Below are positions 59,244 to 64,000 of a stretch of 64,000 nucleotides of DNA, piece by piece; the stretch's first letter is position 1, and each line of letters begins with the position of its first letter. The notes under the pieces were generated by a model, which did not search any database, was not told the DNA's origin, and saw only the letters and a program-made list of their open reading frames with translations. The DNA lies in assembly GCA_046861395.1 (NCBI GenBank), contig JBHHUC010000002.1, positions 1-64,000 of the forward strand, written 5' to 3'. Both the position numbers and the translations under genes were made by a program. Source of the DNA: Fidelibacterota bacterium. Its GTDB lineage: Bacteria > Fidelibacterota > Marinisomatia > Marinisomatales > JABMOV01.

Positions 59244-59682
59244 GCTGGTCCTCCCGGATTTGAATTAACTCAATACCCGCTTCCCGGGCATGTTGATAAA
59301 TCCGTTCATCGCGGTACAATTCACTATAATAGATTTTTCGAATCCCGGCATTGGCAATGAGTTTAAAACAGCTATAGCAGGGACTGGCCGTAACATAAAT
59401 TTCGGAATCACCGATGCGAATCCCGTGGCGGGCGGCATGTGCAATGGCATTGGCTTCGGCATGGACGGTCCGAACACAATGTCCGTGATCCATTTCATGA
59501 CCGATATCATCACAATGGCCTTGGCCCCGGATACTGCCGTTGTATCCGGTGGAAAGGATGGTCTTTCCTCGAACAATGACGGAACCGACATGTTTACGGT
59601 CGCAAGTGGAACGGGTAGCCACTTCCTGAGCAATATTCATGAAATACCGCTCCCAGCTTACGCGCTTTTTACCCTGTGCCAT
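59236..59682 (-). CDS. dCMP deaminase (ComEB-like)
   Basis: RSTC, TGYNG, TVHAEANA, PCYSC. Confidence 0.9.
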   Translation of the reverse strand: MAQGKKRVSWERYFMNIAQEVATRSTCDRKHVGSVIVRGKTILSTGYNGSIRGQGHCDDIGHEMDHGHCVRTVHAEANAIAHAARHGIRIGDSEIYVTASPCYSCFKLIANAGIRKIYYSELYRDERIYQHAREAGIELIQIREDQHE

Positions 59683-59684
59683 GG

Positions 59685-60710
59685 TCACTCAAACAATGAA
59701 CTGACATCCATGATGAATAACTGCAAGGCCCGTTCTCCGGGTTTGGCCAATCGGGAGGAAGAAAACATGACCGATTTCCCGTCGGGAGATACGGCGGGGA
59801 AACCGTCAAATGCCTCGTTATAGGTGAGACGGGTCTGTTCCCCCGTTTCCAGATTCATCAGAAATAATTCAAAATTGTGCGGTGGTAATACTTTGACAAA
59901 AACAAAATGCTTGCCATCGGGATGGGGATAGGGCGCCCAGTTCGTACCGTCATCAAAAGTGATACGTTTCAGATCCGTACCATCATGTTTAATGGTAAAG
60001 ATGGACATAGGAATTCCACGCTGATCATCGTATTTCTTTTCCCAGGCCCGGTAGAGAATGGTTTCATTGTCCGGCATGTAGAATGCCCCCCCCTCCTGCC
60101 AGTCCGGCGTGTGAGTGATCTGTTGTTCATCACTGCCGTCGGGACGCATGCGCCAGAGATCGACTTCACCATTGATTTGACGGGAAAACAATATCCATTT
60201 GCCATTGGGCGACATGGAGACTTCGGCATCATAATACTGGTTGTGGGTCAGGCGAATTTCATTACTGCCGTCATAATCGGCAATATACAACTCGGCCCCG
60301 CGGGGATAGTCGGAGGGAACGGACCATTGTCCCTTGGGCAGGTCAAGATTATCTTTCGTGGAAGTATAAATCACCCGTTTCCCGTCCGACGTGAAAAAGG
60401 AACAGGCATCCTCTCCCCTGTCATTGGTCCGGATGATTTCCGTACCGTCCAGGGTAGCCACATAAGTGTGATGCACCGAATCATCGGAGGCCACGCGGGC
60501 ATTACAGATCAACCGCTGACCGTCGGGTGAATAATAGGCTTCGGCCGCCATGGGCAGCCCCGGCACCAGCGTGACGAGAAAAGGTTCTTCCATGGCTGGC
60601 TGGGTTGCCGTGGCACCACTGTGCCCCTCTGGTTTATTCTCCCCCATGAAATGACAGGAAATAAGTAGCATGAATGAGACATAAGTAATGACTTTTGCGA
60701 TTGACTTCAT
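59685..60710 (-). CDS. TolB-like PD40 beta-propeller lipoprotein
   Basis: Lipobox LISC; repeated SPDG/SPNG/HPDG blades; YDAE, FDGFP. Confidence 0.82.
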   Translation of the reverse strand: MKSIAKVITYVSFMLLISCHFMGENKPEGHSGATATQPAMEEPFLVTLVPGLPMAAEAYYSPDGQRLICNARVASDDSVHHTYVATLDGTEIIRTNDRGEDACSFFTSDGKRVIYTSTKDNLDLPKGQWSVPSDYPRGAELYIADYDGSNEIRLTHNQYYDAEVSMSPNGKWILFSRQINGEVDLWRMRPDGSDEQQITHTPDWQEGGAFYMPDNETILYRAWEKKYDDQRGIPMSIFTIKHDGTDLKRITFDDGTNWAPYPHPDGKHFVFVKVLPPHNFELFLMNLETGEQTRLTYNEAFDGFPAVSPDGKSVMFSSSRLAKPGERALQLFIMDVSSLFE

Positions 60711-60787
60711 AGGACTTCCTGAAAATAATTTGTTCGTGTAATGAAGCGTAAAATTTACGGTAGATTTCCCCCTACAACGACAGGAAT

Positions 60788-61813
60788 CTATCTGAAATTC
60801 AGCATGAGCGCCAATTGACTCGTGGTACCAAACGGTCCCATGGGATGAACCGAATATTGCACATCCACATCTCCGAAGGCTGGCAGGGACACCGCCAAAC
60901 CGGCGCCCAGAGTCATGGAATCTATATCATAATTCAATCGATAGCCAGCCCGCAGGTAAAATCGGTTCCAGATGCCGTATTCCACACCCAGATTCACGTG
61001 TTCCCGGCTGTCATTGGGGTGCTCCGCATCAACCGCGATACGAATCCGCTGCGTTTCCGAAGCCAGCACCGCATCCCCCGGCCCTATCAGATCCAGCGCC
61101 AGACCGATTCGGATCATCAGCGGCAGGGGCCATGATTCGGTCCGTAAATCCACGTCGCTTTCCACATTTCCGGCGAACTGATTATCTATATCGGACTTGG
61201 CAATCAAGTCGACTCCTTCATACCGCAATTCACCACCGAAATTGCTAAGGGCCATGCCAATCACCAGGCCGGAGAAGCCTGTTTTTAAACGGGAACCAAT
61301 ATCGAGGGCGAAGGTGGACGCTTTTTCATTATAGGCAGCCGATTGGATATATTTCACCGATATGCCATAACTTAAACGATCACTCATGCGCCGGGCCAGG
61401 GAACCCGTTACAGCAATGTCCATAACCGAATAGGTCAACCCTGTTCCGTCCGGATTGGCTACCGTCGTCACATCCTGCTCATTCATGGTCAGGGCCGAAA
61501 TGGCAAGGCCGCCATACACCGACCGCGACAAGGGCATCTGGAGGGCAACAAAATCATGGGCTACATCCAAAAACCATTGCTGGTGATTAAACATGGTCCG
61601 GACACCAGTGCCCTGCGTCAATCCCGCCGGATTCCAGTAAACGGCGGTGGGATCGTCGGCTATGCCCACGAAGGCCCCGCCCATGCCGTCGGCTCGTGCC
61701 CCGACGCTCAATTTTAGAAACTGGGCTGCCGTGGTCCCCACCTTGTCGAAGGATCCACCCCAGGCCATCTGAGCCGGTAACAGCAGGACAATGATAATCG
61801 TTTTCCACATCAT
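60788..61813 (-). CDS. PorV/PorQ-family (UPF0164-like) outer-membrane protein
   Basis: AAQFLKLSVGARADGMGGAFV..DPTAVYWNPAGL; LRAGY. Confidence 0.85.
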   Translation of the reverse strand: MMWKTIIIVLLLPAQMAWGGSFDKVGTTAAQFLKLSVGARADGMGGAFVGIADDPTAVYWNPAGLTQGTGVRTMFNHQQWFLDVAHDFVALQMPLSRSVYGGLAISALTMNEQDVTTVANPDGTGLTYSVMDIAVTGSLARRMSDRLSYGISVKYIQSAAYNEKASTFALDIGSRLKTGFSGLVIGMALSNFGGELRYEGVDLIAKSDIDNQFAGNVESDVDLRTESWPLPLMIRIGLALDLIGPGDAVLASETQRIRIAVDAEHPNDSREHVNLGVEYGIWNRFYLRAGYRLNYDIDSMTLGAGLAVSLPAFGDVDVQYSVHPMGPFGTTSQLALMLNFR

Positions 61814-64000
61814 TTGATCACCAGGAACCGGCCGGTCGTTTCTTCTTTATCCGGGGTTTGAATATGATAGAAATAAACCCCGGGGGCAATAAATTGATCA
61901 TTCTTGGTGCGCATATCCCAAAAGGCGTAACCCCGTGTATCGTCATGATCAATGGTGGCTATATGATCACCGGCCAGGGAATAAATCTTGATTGTACACT
62001 GATCCGGCAAATGATTGAATTGCAGTTTTTTCCCAAATTCGGTCTGTTCCCAGATATTGGTAACAATATAAGGATCGGGGACTACCCGCACATCGGCCAG
62101 GGATCCTTTCCGGTCGGATGAAATCATTCGTGCGGTAGTGCCAAAACGGTAGGAAATATCTTTCCGAAACGGTTTATAGGTAATGATGGTGAATTCATCC
62201 CCCTCCGACGGAGCATGGGCATCGATGATTTCCATTTCGCCCAGAACATTGTAAGACGTATCCGGTTTATTATTGGTAAACAGGTATAGATAATTGGGAA
62301 TGGTGTCTCCCGTTTCCGAATCGAATTCCACATGATCCAAAATGAAGAAATCCACATGCTTTTCATACCAGCCAGGACTGCCGGGAAGGTACCCCAACCC
62401 ACCGGGAACCAGATCCCAGCCCAGCGGACTGTAAAAATCCTTGCGGTAATCTTCCCAGGGCGCAGCGATGGCAAATTCACCTAACCAGGCCTCCTGCGTT
62501 ACATTGATGGGATTGTCCGGATCGGTGATAATTTCGATTTTCAGGGGAACAAATTGTTTCTGAGGCTGTGTAATGCCGGAAAAGGCATCAAACCAGTGAA
62601 CGGAATCCCCGCCACTGTAGGTGGCCGTAATGCGCCAGTCATCAATGGTACTGATATCTTCCTGAATCAGTTGCGGTCCCATGCTGGGATCAATACTTTG
62701 CGTGCGCCAGTCAAAGGTACACATATCACCGCTCACCTTTGTCCAGCCCAAGGATTTCACGCCGTGAGGAGCATCCTGAACCGTGAGGCGGAAACCATCC
62801 ACAACGGGCAGATTGTCCCCCGAATTATCCGATAGAGCGTGGAAGACAAATAAGGTATCCATTTCGGTAGTGTCCACCAGCGTGAAACCGGTCTCATCCA
62901 GGGTATCTCCTTCCGATATGATCTGATTGGTGAACGTAATTTCATACCCATGTCCGGTAATCTCAGCCGGATCGACAACTTCGACTTTTACGATGCCCTC
63001 GCATTGTCCCCCAATGGGACTAAGGGCACCGGACGGAATATCCGCTTCCCGGATGATATTGGATACGGCAACACCGGGCGTCACGGCCACCACATGGGGC
63101 TCCAGCGGGGCAGAACCGATGGGATACATGTAAGACTGCTCCAGGCTGTCTGGTTTTTGATTCCCCTTGTCGTAGGGTGTAACACAATACCAGTACTCGA
63201 CACCGTTGATGAGATTGGAATCCACAAAGGTATGGGACAATCCGCTATTAATTCCAAGGTATTGTGGAAAAGCCGGGTCAAGTCCGGAAATGTCCTGGCC
63301 GAAGCGGATCATATCTTCTTCATAGGATAAATCAAAGGTTGCCAGTGGCTCGAATCCTACCGGAACACCGTGGGCATCGGTAATGATCTTCCCCCAACTA
63401 GTCCCAAAATCGGTACTGCGAAATATTTTATATCCTTCGAAGTCCCGTAACCCGGTCAGGACATCGTGGGATATTTCTGCCGGTTCACTGGACCAATGCA
63501 AGGTTACACGACCATCACCGGGTACAGCTGATACCAGGGGCGGGTCGGGCGGACCGGAACCAAGAAAATAATTTCGGTACATCAGATTTGCCATCCGTAC
63601 ATTGGCCATTAAATCGGTCGTATCGGGCTGATCGGGAATCGTTCCTCCGTCCCCCATGATCAGTGCCAGAGAAAATGTAACCACCGAATCCTGGGGCAGA
63701 TCGAAGGGACCGCAGGATACGATAAAGTTGATGGCATCCCCAGGCAATTCCACACCGCTTTCATCATCCAGCCAGGTGGGATAATAAGTGCTCAGAAAAT
63801 CGTCACTCACATCATCAAACCGGGGATTGGTGCCATGGAAATAATAATCGGGATTGGGAAGGTCACTGCTTGTCGGATCACTGGTCATGATGGCCCAGTA
63901 CTGTTCATCATTGATGGGGGAAACGCCACGGCTGAAATGATGGAAATCGGTAACGCCCAGATTGCCCGGCGTATCATAGATGCGAACCGCTGGAATACCC
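61810..64000 (-). CDS. Large secreted protein with FnIII-like domain and T9SS-like C-terminal domain (5' end outside the window)
   Basis: Frame stays open to the window edge; PGDGRVTLHW, DFEGYKIFRS, NGVEYWYCVT; CTD VRVVPDPY..LPDQCTIKIYSLAG..WDMRT..GVYFY. Confidence 0.8.
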   Translation of the reverse strand, partial: GIPAVRIYDTPGNLGVTDFHHFSRGVSPINDEQYWAIMTSDPTSSDLPNPDYYFHGTNPRFDDVSDDFLSTYYPTWLDDESGVELPGDAINFIVSCGPFDLPQDSVVTFSLALIMGDGGTIPDQPDTTDLMANVRMANLMYRNYFLGSGPPDPPLVSAVPGDGRVTLHWSSEPAEISHDVLTGLRDFEGYKIFRSTDFGTSWGKIITDAHGVPVGFEPLATFDLSYEEDMIRFGQDISGLDPAFPQYLGINSGLSHTFVDSNLINGVEYWYCVTPYDKGNQKPDSLEQSYMYPIGSAPLEPHVVAVTPGVAVSNIIREADIPSGALSPIGGQCEGIVKVEVVDPAEITGHGYEITFTNQIISEGDTLDETGFTLVDTTEMDTLFVFHALSDNSGDNLPVVDGFRLTVQDAPHGVKSLGWTKVSGDMCTFDWRTQSIDPSMGPQLIQEDISTIDDWRITATYSGGDSVHWFDAFSGITQPQKQFVPLKIEIITDPDNPINVTQEAWLGEFAIAAPWEDYRKDFYSPLGWDLVPGGLGYLPGSPGWYEKHVDFFILDHVEFDSETGDTIPNYLYLFTNNKPDTSYNVLGEMEIIDAHAPSEGDEFTIITYKPFRKDISYRFGTTARMISSDRKGSLADVRVVPDPYIVTNIWEQTEFGKKLQFNHLPDQCTIKIYSLAGDHIATIDHDDTRGYAFWDMRTKNDQFIAPGVYFYHIQTPDKEETTGRFLVIK

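Overview
Bacterial chromosomal window with Gram-negative, FCB-superphylum-like content (T9SS-type C-terminal domains, PorV-family barrel). Candidatus Marinimicrobia or a relative is plausible, but that is inference only. From left to right: (1) a phosphate-starvation locus (phoBR, TonB-dependent receptor plus CTD-bearing secreted protein, porin-like barrel, pstSCAB-phoU) with the same 11-bp-periodic CTAAY repeat array in four upstream regions; (2) an OFA-type MFS pseudogene; (3) a TetR-MMPL-LolA-like-cupin-barrel operon with a clear operator palindrome; (4) a thiN-SSS-CYTH-DUF2490 operon; (5) a ~20 kb co-oriented minus-strand copper/oxidative-stress block (Cys-rich HAPP leader, cusCBA, PII, HMA-AraC, an orphan nqrD-nqrE pair, copA, many Met/Cys/His-rich envelope proteins, sodC, exported msrA), bordered by a dead ISL3 element and tRNA-Pro/tRNA-His; (6) housekeeping genes (lptF, pdp, PBP1A, two-subunit fumarase, korAB, queuosine-precursor transporter, dCMP deaminase) and a PorV-family/CTD-cargo pair. 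The two best novelty candidates are the stand-alone NqrDE module inside the copper cluster and a leader-peptide/anti-Shine-Dalgarno switch in front of cusC. All functional calls come from motif recognition by eye; no database searches were run.
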